A stretch of 64,000 bases of DNA from an uncultured delta proteobacterium (GCA_963823335.1 CAWGLD010000001.1:64001-128000); one strand, 5' to 3'; shown: positions 41,968-52,899, counted from the first letter of the stretch. Program-made: numbers and translations. Notes: generated from the sequence alone by a model not told the origin.

Positions 41968-42290
41968 CCATGAATAAAAATATTCCCTATTCAATCATGA
42001 GGGTCTTTATGATTGCCGAATGCCGTATTTTACGAATTAGTGGGATCCATGGTCCTCGTTAACTGGATCACGCATACTTTTTGATGCCGATGAAGATGAC
42101 GCGATTATTGGAATGTCGGTTCCGTAATCAAAAGATACACCAATGCATTTTAAATCTCTGATAAAAGGCGGAATAAAGAATGGTTTCGCCTTTTGCTAAT
42201 TTTATATGCTTAACCATCCCTGAAACTTATATTGATTGACAGGTATTTCAAATTCTATGCTTTTCATAGCCCCGTAAAATATGGTGCTGT

Positions 42291-42460
42291 CTCCAACGAT
42301 TCGGTAGATATCAGAGTGCTGAAAATTTACCGGTGTGCGAAAATAATCACAACAGACCAATTCTTGCATTGGCAGGACCTCCCGTGATACCGTGGGCATG
42401 TCCATATGGTATCAGCAATATTGCCGTTGAACTTGGTAACTGGACTTATCTCCATAAATC
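42291..42460. repeat. 170-bp repeat R7
   Basis: 170 bp; all anchors. Confidence 0.95.
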
Positions 42461-42564
42461 ACAGTTTCCAGTTTGAAGACTTATTAGCGTAGCCTTCAGT
42501 TTGGTATTATTTTCATCGACCACAAGATGTGGTATCGGAAATTTTAGATGAATGGTGTAGCTCC

Positions 42565-43032
42565 ATGAACCTACGACCCGCCACGAGCGAAGATTTGAAG
42601 ACCATCATCTCCTGGATCAAGGATGAAACAGCCTGCCGGACGTGGGCGGGACCGATGGTGAGATTTCCCCTCAACCCGGAGGGCCTTGCCCATGCCATTG
42701 AATTTGAGCCGGGCAATTCCTATTGCCTGATGGAAGATGAGAGCATTTTTGCCTTTGGCCAGTTGATAAGAAAGAGCCCAAAACGCCTTCATATGGCCAG
42801 GGTCATCGTAGCGCCGAGAAAAAGGGCATCCGGACTTGGTGGGCAATGGTGCCGTGAGCTGATGGCGCTGGCCCGGAAAAAGGGTTGTGAAACCATCACA
42901 CTGAATGTTTACAGAGACAATACTGCCGCCTGCAGGATATATATCAGCAACGGCTTCATGGAGGTTGCTGAAAAATCAACCCAGGAATTGTGCCATATGA
43001 TCCTCCGCTGCGGTAGTCCAAATAATAGTTAA
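42565..43032 (+). CDS. GNAT acetyltransferase
   Basis: MNLRPAT, RASGLG, NTAACRIYISNGF. Confidence 0.88.
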   Translation: MNLRPATSEDLKTIISWIKDETACRTWAGPMVRFPLNPEGLAHAIEFEPGNSYCLMEDESIFAFGQLIRKSPKRLHMARVIVAPRKRASGLGGQWCRELMALARKKGCETITLNVYRDNTAACRIYISNGFMEVAEKSTQELCHMILRCGSPNNS

Positions 43033-43058
43033 GTCAAGGATAGGGAACACCTAGCACT

Positions 43059-43228
43059 CTCCAACAAAAACAAGGATATCAGACCCTTAAAATATTACCG
43101 GTGTTTGAAAATAATCACAACAGGCAGAATCTTGCATTCATAAGCCCTAAAATGGTACCATGGCGATCACCAGATGGTATCGGTAATATTGGCATTGATC
43201 TTGATAACTGGACTTATCTCCATGTATC
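43059..43228. repeat. 170-bp repeat R8
   Basis: 170 bp; all anchors. Confidence 0.95.
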
Positions 43229-43585
43229 AGTACCTGACTGGCACTATGTTTTAGTATAAGATGTGTAAATCTATTCATTACTTTTTGGATAATCTTTTCC
43301 ACAATCAGGCATAACTTCCAGCAGCAGAATCAGCGTGACCCCTACTAATGTTCTGTTTATCAAAACCTTCCAATCTTGCACAATAATTGCATTCACCAAT
43401 AAAGATAAAAAAGTTGTCATTTAGTTGGCTTGTTGCAATGATTGAAAAACGTTATCTATCTGCGGATAGTGGAAGTCTCAATACATCTATGCTTCATCTG
43501 ATAGTTGATTTTCAGAGTTCTTAGACTATGATAGTCTAAATTGACCAGACCTCAACCGGATTCTCGCGCTGGAAAGGAGTTGGAA

Positions 43586-46000
43586 ATGAGATCGAAACTT
43601 CAACATGGTTTTATCTTGCTGCTGTTTGTTGGTTTTGGAGTTTTGGCATTTGTGGGTTGTGGCAGTGGCGGTGGCGGTGGTGGTGACGGAGACAACGTCT
43701 CTTCCGGCAATGACTCTGTAGACCAAAATCCGATTATCACGGCTATGGTGTCTACAGACACTGACAAACTATCCCTTGCATGGCTCCCGGCGACAGATAA
43801 TGAGACACCTGCTGACCAGGTTGTTTATGAGGTCCACCTTTCGAAAAGTGAAACCTTTGAACCGAACAGCACTACCCTTAAGAAAACCATTTTGGGTGAT
43901 CGGCAGGTAAACGTGGCTGGTCTGGAGCCGGATACAACCTATTACGCTATCATCCTCGCTATTTTTCCAGGTGGTACAGATGCCCAAAGCAACCCTCTGG
44001 CTGCCACAACATTTGCAAATCCTGTCCTTAAAAACGCGGCAAATACCGTGAAGCAGGCAGACGAGCTTGGTCTTGGGCGATACGCTGCTTCAGACGCCAC
44101 CAGCTTAACCTTCCCCTATAATGACAATGCCGTGCTGCCGGAAGTCGGAACCATCTTGTTCGCTGAAAGCGTTGATGGTGAGATCGTATTGCGACGTGTT
44201 GTTTCCTGTGTATCGGCAAACCCGGTCATTACGATCAATACCACGGCAGCTTCACTCACAGATGTTTTCGAAGATGCAACCATCAGTTCGGCATTTCACC
44301 TGGTTGACATAGGTGGTGACACAACCTTTTCAAGAAATGTTTCTACCGCGAAAATGGGGACAGACCTATATTTTCAGAGCAATTGGGATGACGGATTTCT
44401 GACAATCGATCAAGTCGATTATGTCCATAATGAACAGAACTTGAAAGTGACACCAAGGAATATCAATTCGAATATCACCAGCGAATTTAATATCCAGGTC
44501 ACACCTTCTTTTGAACCGGTACTGGAAACATACGCCAATTGGAGCGGGTTCCAGCTTAATTCCGCGGTGGTCACCGCCAGAGGGACATTGAGCATTGAAG
44601 CCCTGGCCGAGTATAATTTTGAGGCTCAGGGAACATGGGAGGATGAGGTTGAAATAACCAACAGAACCTGGACCAGTATATACTACATCGGTACAGTCCC
44701 AGTATTTCAGCAGATCAGCCTGTCCATCAAAGTAGCTGCTTCAGCTGAAGCTCAAGCCAAGATAAAAGCCTCCACCAATGCAAGCATATCCCGCACGGTC
44801 GAGGTTGGCGCCACCTACACAAATGCAGGCGGGTGGGAGACATTCTTGAACGAGACCAATGATGAATCACTTACGGCAAACCTCGATATTGGTGCGGAAG
44901 CCAGCGCCGAGGTCAGAATCATACCCGAAGTCAGGGTCACATTCTACACGGTCTTAAGTAGCTACTTGAGCGTTGAACCATATTTACGGGGTGGATTGGC
45001 TGTAGGCGATACAACAAGTAATTGGGATTTTCTCGCAATTCATCCAGATCGTGCGCTTGAGTTGACCACTTTTGAATCAGCGCTTGGGCTTGAAAGCTTC
45101 ATCGGTGCAGATTTGACAGTCTTTGGCAACAGCTTTCCCATTCTGGAAAAGACCTGCGTGCTTGGCCCGGTTTCGAACGCTTCGTGTACAGCAAACATTG
45201 ACGAACTTACGCTATTTTCACTGCCGGAACTCACGCTTACGGTACCGCAAAACTCAAACAGTACACAGGAAGAGCTGAAACTGGAGGCAATTCACGGCGT
45301 GAACAACCCATTTGATCCAACCTCCGTTCAGTGGGAGGTTTTTCCTTCATCGGCCAGTATCGAACCACACGAGTGCTCAGATTCAACCGGAAATGGCCAG
45401 ACTAAGACAACCTGCACGGCCACGCTTTCGATGTCTGGAAGCGATGAATATACGGTGTTTGCGTCCGGCCAAGGTGTTTTGGGTGAATTGGCAAGACAGT
45501 TTGAGGAAGGTGATATATATCAATCTGATTGTATTTATGGTACCAGCACCAGGTTAAATAACGTAATCGTTTATTGGAAGAACTGTTCAACATCGCGTGA
45601 ACTGGCTTACATAAACCAACCAGGAGACGACTCTGGTTCTACGGATATTGTTCTTGCTGCAAAGGTAATATGTAATGAGGATTTTGTTGGTGAATGTCCA
45701 GACCCGAATAGGTGGGTAGAAGTAGTTTTTGAAGGATCAGAGATAAGATATATTTATTTATTCTTTTTAAATGGAGAAAGCGTTAATACGAATTATTATT
45801 GTGATGGCGATTCCTATTTTGGGAGATTAAATCGTACGACACTGGATAATCCTTCTCCTGTACAGATAGGTGACTATTTTATCTCCCTCTCAGCCTGCAG
45901 AAGCGCTCTATCAGAATATGTTCCAAACGACGACGATTTAATTTATCCAGGTAGTTGCCACAGTTGGTGGGATCATGATGGAGAAACTTGTATTTATTGA
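43586..46000 (+). CDS. large lipoprotein with FN3 domain
   Basis: lipobox FVGC + Gly run; LAW...GLEPDTTYY FN3 motif. Confidence 0.85.
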   Translation: MRSKLQHGFILLLFVGFGVLAFVGCGSGGGGGGDGDNVSSGNDSVDQNPIITAMVSTDTDKLSLAWLPATDNETPADQVVYEVHLSKSETFEPNSTTLKKTILGDRQVNVAGLEPDTTYYAIILAIFPGGTDAQSNPLAATTFANPVLKNAANTVKQADELGLGRYAASDATSLTFPYNDNAVLPEVGTILFAESVDGEIVLRRVVSCVSANPVITINTTAASLTDVFEDATISSAFHLVDIGGDTTFSRNVSTAKMGTDLYFQSNWDDGFLTIDQVDYVHNEQNLKVTPRNINSNITSEFNIQVTPSFEPVLETYANWSGFQLNSAVVTARGTLSIEALAEYNFEAQGTWEDEVEITNRTWTSIYYIGTVPVFQQISLSIKVAASAEAQAKIKASTNASISRTVEVGATYTNAGGWETFLNETNDESLTANLDIGAEASAEVRIIPEVRVTFYTVLSSYLSVEPYLRGGLAVGDTTSNWDFLAIHPDRALELTTFESALGLESFIGADLTVFGNSFPILEKTCVLGPVSNASCTANIDELTLFSLPELTLTVPQNSNSTQEELKLEAIHGVNNPFDPTSVQWEVFPSSASIEPHECSDSTGNGQTKTTCTATLSMSGSDEYTVFASGQGVLGELARQFEEGDIYQSDCIYGTSTRLNNVIVYWKNCSTSRELAYINQPGDDSGSTDIVLAAKVICNEDFVGECPDPNRWVEVVFEGSEIRYIYLFFLNGESVNTNYYCDGDSYFGRLNRTTLDNPSPVQIGDYFISLSACRSALSEYVPNDDDLIYPGSCHSWWDHDGETCIY

Positions 46001-46106
46001 AACGTCAATTCGCAGGATTTCGAAATGTCGCCATACTGAGTGGATGTCTCGGACAGGGGGACCATCACGACGACTAAAAATTGAGGTTTCCTAAAACCGT
46101 GGATAT

Positions 46107-46340
46107 CTCCAACAAAAACAAAGATATCATGCACGCCAAAAATTACCGGTGTGCGAAAATAATCACAAATTAAAAGGGTGAGTCCGAGCCATGGATTCGC
46201 CCCTTTTTTATTGGCACAAAGCAGCGTTATTAGGGTCTACAGTTTGACACCAGGTTTAATGATGCGATAGACTGCATATATCCAGATGGTATCGGTGATA
46301 ATTAGGCTGAGCTTGATAACTGGACATCTCTCCATGTATC
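46107..46340. repeat. 170-bp repeat R9 with central replacement (234 bp)
   Basis: left and right arms intact; centre replaced by about 110 bp carrying a terminator-like hairpin. Confidence 0.85.
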
Positions 46341-46433
46341 CGTATATTTCGTTAATAATTTTTTATTTAAAATTCCTGGCCGGTTATAATGGTTGTTCTA
46401 CAGTTAAATTTGGTCTCTACAAAGGATGATTAA

Positions 46434-47741
46434 TTGAAGCAGAAGCACACATATCAAGAATTGAAAAAAGAGAATGAATTATTAAGGAAGCAACTGCAAA
46501 TCCTTCAAGAGAACGCGGATCGGTTCAATGACATCGCTGAGAATGCATTAGAATGGATCTGGGAAGTCGATAAGGAAGGAAGGTATACATATTCAAGCCC
46601 TGTCGTAAAGGTTATCTTAGGCTATGAACCCGAGGAGGTTTTAGGAAAACACTTCTCTGATTTTTTTCATCCCAAGGATAAGAAAAAAATGTTAGCTGAG
46701 GCCTCCAAGGCTTTCGATCAAAGATTTCCCTTCAGGAAATTTATTAACCAAAATGTACATAAAGATGGCAATAAAAAGGTGTTTCTTTTAACGAGTGGTA
46801 TCCCTGTGTTTGATTCTGAAGGGGCATTTTCGGGATATCGTGGGGCTGACATGGATGTAACAGAACAATATGTGGCTAAAAAAGCTCTAAAAGAAAGCGA
46901 AGAACACCTACGATCACTAATGCAGAGAGCCTCAGGGTTTGCCATTTACCGGTTGGCATATAATAAAGTTTCCCCATATTCCTTGCGGGTTGTTTTAGCC
47001 AGTCCATCCGTGAAAGACATCCTGGGCATACCTGATCAAACGAAATTCGAGATGTGGTTTGAAAATATCCATGCTGATGACAGGGAAAGAATCATAAAAG
47101 CTAATTTGAAAGCGTTTGAAACGAATGAATTTAATGAAGTCATGAAGATTAATCATCCTGACAAAAAGGAGCATCGCTGGATTCATTCAATTGCTAAAGG
47201 CATTTTCTCGCAATATGGCGAATTACAATATATCAATGGCATTATAATCGATATTACAGAACGTAAACTTGTTGAAGAGGCTTTGATTGAGAAAGAGAAA
47301 GAATTAGAATCCAAGACAAACAAGCTTGAAGAGATAAATGTCGCCCTGAACGTCCTGTTAGAAAAAAGAGAGGAAGATAAAATACTCTTGCAAGAGCAGG
47401 TACTGTCCAACGTAAAAAAATTGGCGATCCCCTATGTCGAAAAATTAAAAAAAGGCACCCTCACCGAAACACAAATTGCCTTGCTTGATGTTTTAGAATC
47501 AAGTTTGCACGAAATTATTTCACCGTTTTCCCTCAAGCTGGCCTCTAATTCTTTCGGATTAACGCCCGCCGAAATCAAAGTGGCTTCTCTTATAAAACAG
47601 GGCAAAGGGACAAAAGAAATAGCAAAGATGCGAAATCTTTCGCATAAAACAGTAGCACGCCATAGGGAGAATATAAGAAATAAGCTCGGTATAAAAAATA
47701 CAAAAGTCAATCTACAGTCCCACCTAATTTCCTTCGCATAA
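46434..47741 (+). CDS. PAS-PAS-LuxR transcriptional regulator
   Basis: two PAS/PAC domains; LTPAEIKVA...TKEIA...TVARHRENIRNKLG. Confidence 0.92.
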   Translation: MKQKHTYQELKKENELLRKQLQILQENADRFNDIAENALEWIWEVDKEGRYTYSSPVVKVILGYEPEEVLGKHFSDFFHPKDKKKMLAEASKAFDQRFPFRKFINQNVHKDGNKKVFLLTSGIPVFDSEGAFSGYRGADMDVTEQYVAKKALKESEEHLRSLMQRASGFAIYRLAYNKVSPYSLRVVLASPSVKDILGIPDQTKFEMWFENIHADDRERIIKANLKAFETNEFNEVMKINHPDKKEHRWIHSIAKGIFSQYGELQYINGIIIDITERKLVEEALIEKEKELESKTNKLEEINVALNVLLEKREEDKILLQEQVLSNVKKLAIPYVEKLKKGTLTETQIALLDVLESSLHEIISPFSLKLASNSFGLTPAEIKVASLIKQGKGTKEIAKMRNLSHKTVARHRENIRNKLGIKNTKVNLQSHLISFA

Positions 47742-47817
47742 CACCCATAATAAATAGGTACTATATGGGCTATAAAATGGCATTGATTGTCTTGTCAATT
47801 TGAATTAGAAAATAATT

Positions 47818-47924
47818 ATAGGGATGCGCTCTGGGCTCATCGCCCATTGGCACCTCCAACCCTGTAAAAAGCCCCTGAGAAGATAATTCATTTGCCAGTA
47901 CCTTCTCCATCTTGGGGGCTTTTT
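47818..47924 (+). ncRNA. candidate structured small RNA, copy 2
   Basis: near-identical to 21104-21211. Confidence 0.5.
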
Positions 47925-48029
47925 CAATATGGATCTTCAGCCCGACCGATTCCTTACCTTGGAATATTGTATTATGTTAATTTGTTTTTGGACAGGTTAG
48001 GACTGTCTATATCTTTCAACCTAAATCTC

Positions 48030-50255
48030 ATGGCTATGAAACCGACATTACCCACAAAGCTTATCAGTACTACTAAAGAAGGGTTGTCTGGCATAATGAC
48101 AGGAACGGTTGCCATCACTGTTAGTTTGTCGATGGCTGCGCTGATATTTCATGGTAGTCTTGCTAATTTTATTGGTTACGGCATAGGAGCCGTTTTATGT
48201 ACTACCATATTTATCAATTTAATTTTACTCATAGGATCTTCTTATAAGGGGATAGTCGCCGCTCCTCAATCTGCAACCTCGATTGTTTTAGCGACTGGTA
48301 TTAGCCTATTATATGATAAATCTCTTCAAGGAGATAACCAACAAGACTCGCTTTTGCTTATTGCCGGCTTTGTTTTATCAACCTCTATCATTACAGGAAT
48401 ATTTCTATTTGTTGCCGGTAAATTCAATCTGGGGAAATTGGCTCGCTTTATCCCTTACCCTGTGATCGGGGGTTTTTTAGCTGGAACGGGCTATTTAATA
48501 ATCAAAGGCGCTGTTTCTTTCATGGTCGGTTTTACAATTTCCTTCGATACGCTCCCATTTCTAATTTCAAATCAATCGTTTCTAAAGCTATTGCCTGGAA
48601 TAATAATAGCATTTATCATGTTCTTTCTGTCAAAAACATCTCGCCATCTGATTCTTTTCCCGTTATTTATATTGTGTTCTATATGCCTGTTTTATAGCGG
48701 TTTATGGATCCTGGACCTGTCCCATGAAACTGCCTTGAAGTTGGGTCTTGTCATGCAATTAAACACAGGTGAATATTTTAATTTATTGAATATATCTAAT
48801 ACAATATCCAAAATTGACTACTCCATTATCTTAGAACACAAATGGACTATATTTTCGATTGTTTTCATTACGTCGATTGCACTATTGCTGAATTTGAGTA
48901 GTTTAGAACTTATCGTCAAAGATGACATAGATCTTGATAAAGAGTTAAAGTTGTGTGGTACCGGCAACATCGTTTCTGGCTTTTTTGGGGGCATCGTCGG
49001 ATACCAAATGCTCGGACCTTCAGCGTTAAATCATACCCTTGGATTAAAGTCCCGGGCCCCAATAATAGTATTAATAATAATGAGTTTTATTATTCTTTTT
49101 TGGGGTCATGATTTCTTAAAGTTTTTTCCTGTCCCACTTATCGGCGCTTATTTACTGTTTATCGGGTTGAATTTTCTACACGACTTTTTGTATGATAGTT
49201 GGCTGAAATTGCCGTTAAGTGAATACATAATAGTGCTTTGTATTTTAATGATAACTGTATTCAAAGGTCTTCTTTCTGCTATTGCATTTGGAACGATTGC
49301 AGCTATTTTCATATTTATCCTCAATTATGCAAAAGTAAAAAACATAAAAAGCATAACAACCGGTGAACATCATAGAAGCAATGTAGAAAGATCTCCCATT
49401 GAGGAGGAATTGTTCAAGCGTGAAGGTAGGAGAATACGTGTATACCGGTTGAATGGTTATCTGTTTTTCGGAAGCGTATACAATTTGTACTTGAATGTTA
49501 GGGAATATACACTTGAAACTGGAAACAATCATGCTGGATTCATTGTTTTGGACTTTAAAGATGTACAGGGCATGGACTCGTCAGCCATTCATAGTTTTTT
49601 AAAAATTAGGCAAATTGTACAGAATGGTCAAAAGGTCAAGCTGATATATACCCAATTGAACCCTAATCTCCACAATTTATTTATAAAAGGATCGGTGTTA
49701 ATTGGTAAAAATGACTCAAGTGTCTACGATGATTTGGATCGAGGTCTCGAATGGTGTGAAGAACAAATACTTAATGAGAATGGTTTTAAAGCTGACAGAT
49801 TAAATCAATTCACCGCCGTGCTTGAAAAAATATTCGAGAATGAAAATGAAACTATTCGGTTTAAGAGCTACCTGACCAGAAAATTTTTCAAAAAAGACAC
49901 TGTCCTTATGAAAAAAGGTGAGTTCTCAGAAACTCTTTATTTCATCGAAACCGGACAATTTTCAGTATTAAGAAATGACCATGAGAAATCTTCAATAAGG
50001 TATCGAAAAATTGGGAGTGGAGCTATAATTGGCGAGATGGGTTTTTTTTCTAACAACAATAGAACAGCTTCAGTTATTTCAGATAAAGATAGCTTTGTTT
50101 ATGAATTAAACCTTACGAATATGAAAAAAATGGAAAAAGACTGTTCTAAAATAGCGTTCAAGTTTCAAAATTACGTAATAAAATTATTGTCAATGAGATT
50201 AAGCCGATCAACTCAGGAAATAAATTCACTATTAATTGATTATAAAAACCGTTGA
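48030..50255 (+). CDS. SulP family anion transporter with STAS and cNMP-binding domains
   Basis: RFIPYPVIGGFLAG, GYLFFGS, DSSA, GEMG...RTASV; start moved downstream of the RNA element. Confidence 0.92.
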   Translation: MAMKPTLPTKLISTTKEGLSGIMTGTVAITVSLSMAALIFHGSLANFIGYGIGAVLCTTIFINLILLIGSSYKGIVAAPQSATSIVLATGISLLYDKSLQGDNQQDSLLLIAGFVLSTSIITGIFLFVAGKFNLGKLARFIPYPVIGGFLAGTGYLIIKGAVSFMVGFTISFDTLPFLISNQSFLKLLPGIIIAFIMFFLSKTSRHLILFPLFILCSICLFYSGLWILDLSHETALKLGLVMQLNTGEYFNLLNISNTISKIDYSIILEHKWTIFSIVFITSIALLLNLSSLELIVKDDIDLDKELKLCGTGNIVSGFFGGIVGYQMLGPSALNHTLGLKSRAPIIVLIIMSFIILFWGHDFLKFFPVPLIGAYLLFIGLNFLHDFLYDSWLKLPLSEYIIVLCILMITVFKGLLSAIAFGTIAAIFIFILNYAKVKNIKSITTGEHHRSNVERSPIEEELFKREGRRIRVYRLNGYLFFGSVYNLYLNVREYTLETGNNHAGFIVLDFKDVQGMDSSAIHSFLKIRQIVQNGQKVKLIYTQLNPNLHNLFIKGSVLIGKNDSSVYDDLDRGLEWCEEQILNENGFKADRLNQFTAVLEKIFENENETIRFKSYLTRKFFKKDTVLMKKGEFSETLYFIETGQFSVLRNDHEKSSIRYRKIGSGAIIGEMGFFSNNNRTASVISDKDSFVYELNLTNMKKMEKDCSKIAFKFQNYVIKLLSMRLSRSTQEINSLLIDYKNR

Positions 50256-50258
50256 TTT

Positions 50259-50428
50259 CTCCAACGAAAACAAGGTTATCAGCCCCCTAAAATATTACCG
50301 GTGTGCGAAAATAATCACAACCGACCGAATCTTGCATTAATAATAGTTCCCATGGTACCGTGGGGATGACCGAATGATATCTGACAATTTTTCAGATTGT
50401 CGGATAGTTGGACTTGTCTCCATAAATC
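50259..50428. repeat. 170-bp repeat R10
   Basis: 170 bp; R4-like centre with R2-like right arm. Confidence 0.95.
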
Positions 50429-50661
50429 TGTATTGCGAGAATAGTAGTTTTTCATCAAAATATTAAAGTCACCCAGTGGCAATTCACCCATACCTTGACC
50501 CATCATGACGAATCGTGTATATACCTTATAACATACTTGAATCACACCTGATCTAAAGCTGTTTCTCATTGTTTACACGTAGCCTAAGCCCTTTCTCGAC
50601 TTGTCAGTACCTTCCCAAAAGGTATTATAATTATACAAATCAACAACTTTGGAGGTGACTA

Positions 50662-51171
50662 ATGCCGGCCTATCTGAAAGAAGTGGATGTAGTCCCAGAA
50701 GTTTTAAAATTTAAATCTGCCCTCACCGTCAGCTGTCGATTCTGTCCTGCAGCCAGTTTAGCCATACGAAACAATAAACCTTATATAGAATTCTTTCGCA
50801 GGTTGCTTAAGACTGAACCGTATGAAGAGCTTATTGACAAAATGCAATCACGTCTGAAAAATGAGGGTCTTAAAACAGGCGTGTTTAAAGGTAATCTCCT
50901 TAATTATCTCATGTGCATGTGGACTTCAGGACGCCGAAAGAAATTATTAAAGCGTGCAAGTCAATTTGAAGCCGTTGTTGTTATGGGTTGTGAAAATGCA
51001 TATGAAAGCGTGCAAGATATTCTTAAATCGACCGATTGCCAAGTATTTCATGGCATGGAATCTGAAGGTCTTATGAACGTTATTCCAAAAGTTCATCTAC
51101 CGTTCAATATTTCGCTCGAAAAATTCAAAATAACTCCGATAACACTAAAAGCGAAACAAACGGAGGAATGA
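50662..51171 (+). CDS. Cys-containing hypothetical protein
   Basis: GGAGG RBS; CRFCP, MCM, GC. Confidence 0.75.
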   Translation: MPAYLKEVDVVPEVLKFKSALTVSCRFCPAASLAIRNNKPYIEFFRRLLKTEPYEELIDKMQSRLKNEGLKTGVFKGNLLNYLMCMWTSGRRKKLLKRASQFEAVVVMGCENAYESVQDILKSTDCQVFHGMESEGLMNVIPKVHLPFNISLEKFKITPITLKAKQTEE

Positions 51172-51193
51172 TAAACGACAAATTCAACCGTCT

Positions 51194-51352
51194 TTTCAAC
51201 AACTATGCAGATATCAGGTGCTCCCGAAATTAAAATTATCACAACAGACCAAATCTTGCATCCATAGACACCTACGTGGTACGCTGATGATCACCAGATG
51301 GTATCGGTAAATTTATCAGGGAAATTGATAACTGGACTTTTCTCCATGTATC
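51194..51352. repeat. 170-bp repeat R11 (about 11-bp internal deletion)
   Basis: lacks accggtgtgcg; other anchors present. Confidence 0.85.
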
Positions 51353-51642
51353 AAAGATTGATGTAGAACATAAAAAGGCATCTATAGAATATTAGTGTTA
51401 TGCATTTTTAAAACCTATACTAATATTTTTTTAGAAAACGAATAATAATGAAAAATCATATTCTAGTTCTTGTCGTAGGAAAGTTGAGGTGGAAATCAAT
51501 TGGCAGCTTCAACCCGAATACGTTTCCACCGGAATTACGAAGCACGGCAATGAATTGTGGTGATCAGCTTGCTTTAAAAAATAAATCGAACTTTGTTTAA
51601 AAAGAAAATAGAATATCATAAATTATCGAGAAGGCGCAGCCT

Positions 51643-52899
51643 ATGAAAAAATACTTCATTCTGACGTTAGCTGTTTGCTTGGGTTTAATTAGCAACCCGG
51701 TTTCGGCTTGCACCGGCCTGGTGGCAAATGACCATGAGCGCGTGTTGGTGGGCAACAATGAAGACTGGTTCAACCCGCGCACTAAAATCTGGTTCATACA
51801 GCCGTTGAACGACCGGTATGGCAGCGTGTTTTTTGGCTTTGATAATTACTGGCCTCAAGGCGGTATGAATCAGAAAGGGCTATTTTTTGATGCATTCGCT
51901 TTAGAACCAAAGGAGGTAGATGGGCAGGAGGGTAAACCCCGTTTTAAAGGCAACCTGATAAAAGAGGTAATGGCGACCTGTGCGACGGTAAAAGAGGCTT
52001 TGGCCTTGTTAGATAAATACAGTCTACATTTCATGACTCGTTTTCAGATGTTCGTGGCCGATGCCTCTGGCGACTCTGCCATTATCGAAGGCAACGCCAT
52101 AATTCGTAAAGAAGTGAATTATCAAGTGGTGACCAATTTTCGCCAATCAGAAACCGACCCCAGTGAGACTTCTTGTTGGCGCTACCGGGTCGCCAATGAC
52201 ATGCTGATGAATTGCCGTGAAGATAAGCTTCACTGTATACGCAGTATTCTGGACGCTACTCACCAGAAGGGGGACTACCCGACGCTTTATTCAAACATAT
52301 ATGATCTGAAAGCTAAGCGGGTTTATGTATACTATTTTCACAATTTTCAAGAAGGAGTTGTGATTGATCTCGAAAACGAACTCATAAAAAAGCCTGGAAT
52401 TCTTGATCTACCCGATTTATTTTCACCAAATCTTGAGGCACAGGCATATCTTGCTCAGTTCACCAACCTCAAGAAGGAATATACACACAACGTACCTAAA
52501 TTTGTAGTGCGCTATCCTGAAGAGTATGAGGAGGACAAAACACTGGATCCCACCCAGGTCTTTCTGGCCAAAAGTCGTTACGGGCAGCCGGTACTAACAG
52601 TCTCAGTAACTCCTGCTGAGGCTAAGATGACGCTTTCCAGGGTCGGCAGTGAATATTATGCACATGGGTTACGCCAGTTCGGAAAACAAGTTCAGATTAT
52701 CTCCAATCGTCCGGCCAAGTTGGCCGACGGTTCAGAGGCCTATGAGACTAAAATTGTTTGGCAGTATCAGGGAAAAACCAAATTAAATAGTCTGGTGCTT
52801 TCCGCCTTTAGAGAGGATAAGCTTATCAATGTGGCCCTACATCACACTGGTGAGCTGAATTATTTGAAACACATACCTTACAGTCTGAGCTTTGAATAG
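51643..52899 (+). CDS. secreted Ntn-hydrolase-like protein (C45/C59-like) with extra C-terminal domain
   Basis: signal peptide then CT, GNNED, GGMNQKGL, VTNF. Confidence 0.75.
   Translation: MKKYFILTLAVCLGLISNPVSACTGLVANDHERVLVGNNEDWFNPRTKIWFIQPLNDRYGSVFFGFDNYWPQGGMNQKGLFFDAFALEPKEVDGQEGKPRFKGNLIKEVMATCATVKEALALLDKYSLHFMTRFQMFVADASGDSAIIEGNAIIRKEVNYQVVTNFRQSETDPSETSCWRYRVANDMLMNCREDKLHCIRSILDATHQKGDYPTLYSNIYDLKAKRVYVYYFHNFQEGVVIDLENELIKKPGILDLPDLFSPNLEAQAYLAQFTNLKKEYTHNVPKFVVRYPEEYEEDKTLDPTQVFLAKSRYGQPVLTVSVTPAEAKMTLSRVGSEYYAHGLRQFGKQVQIISNRPAKLADGSEAYETKIVWQYQGKTKLNSLVLSAFREDKLINVALHHTGELNYLKHIPYSLSFE

Noticed and set aside
47892-48029. N-terminal extension of the SulP ORF
   Set aside because: Runs through the duplicated RNA/terminator element; ATG at 48030/48036 is more plausible.
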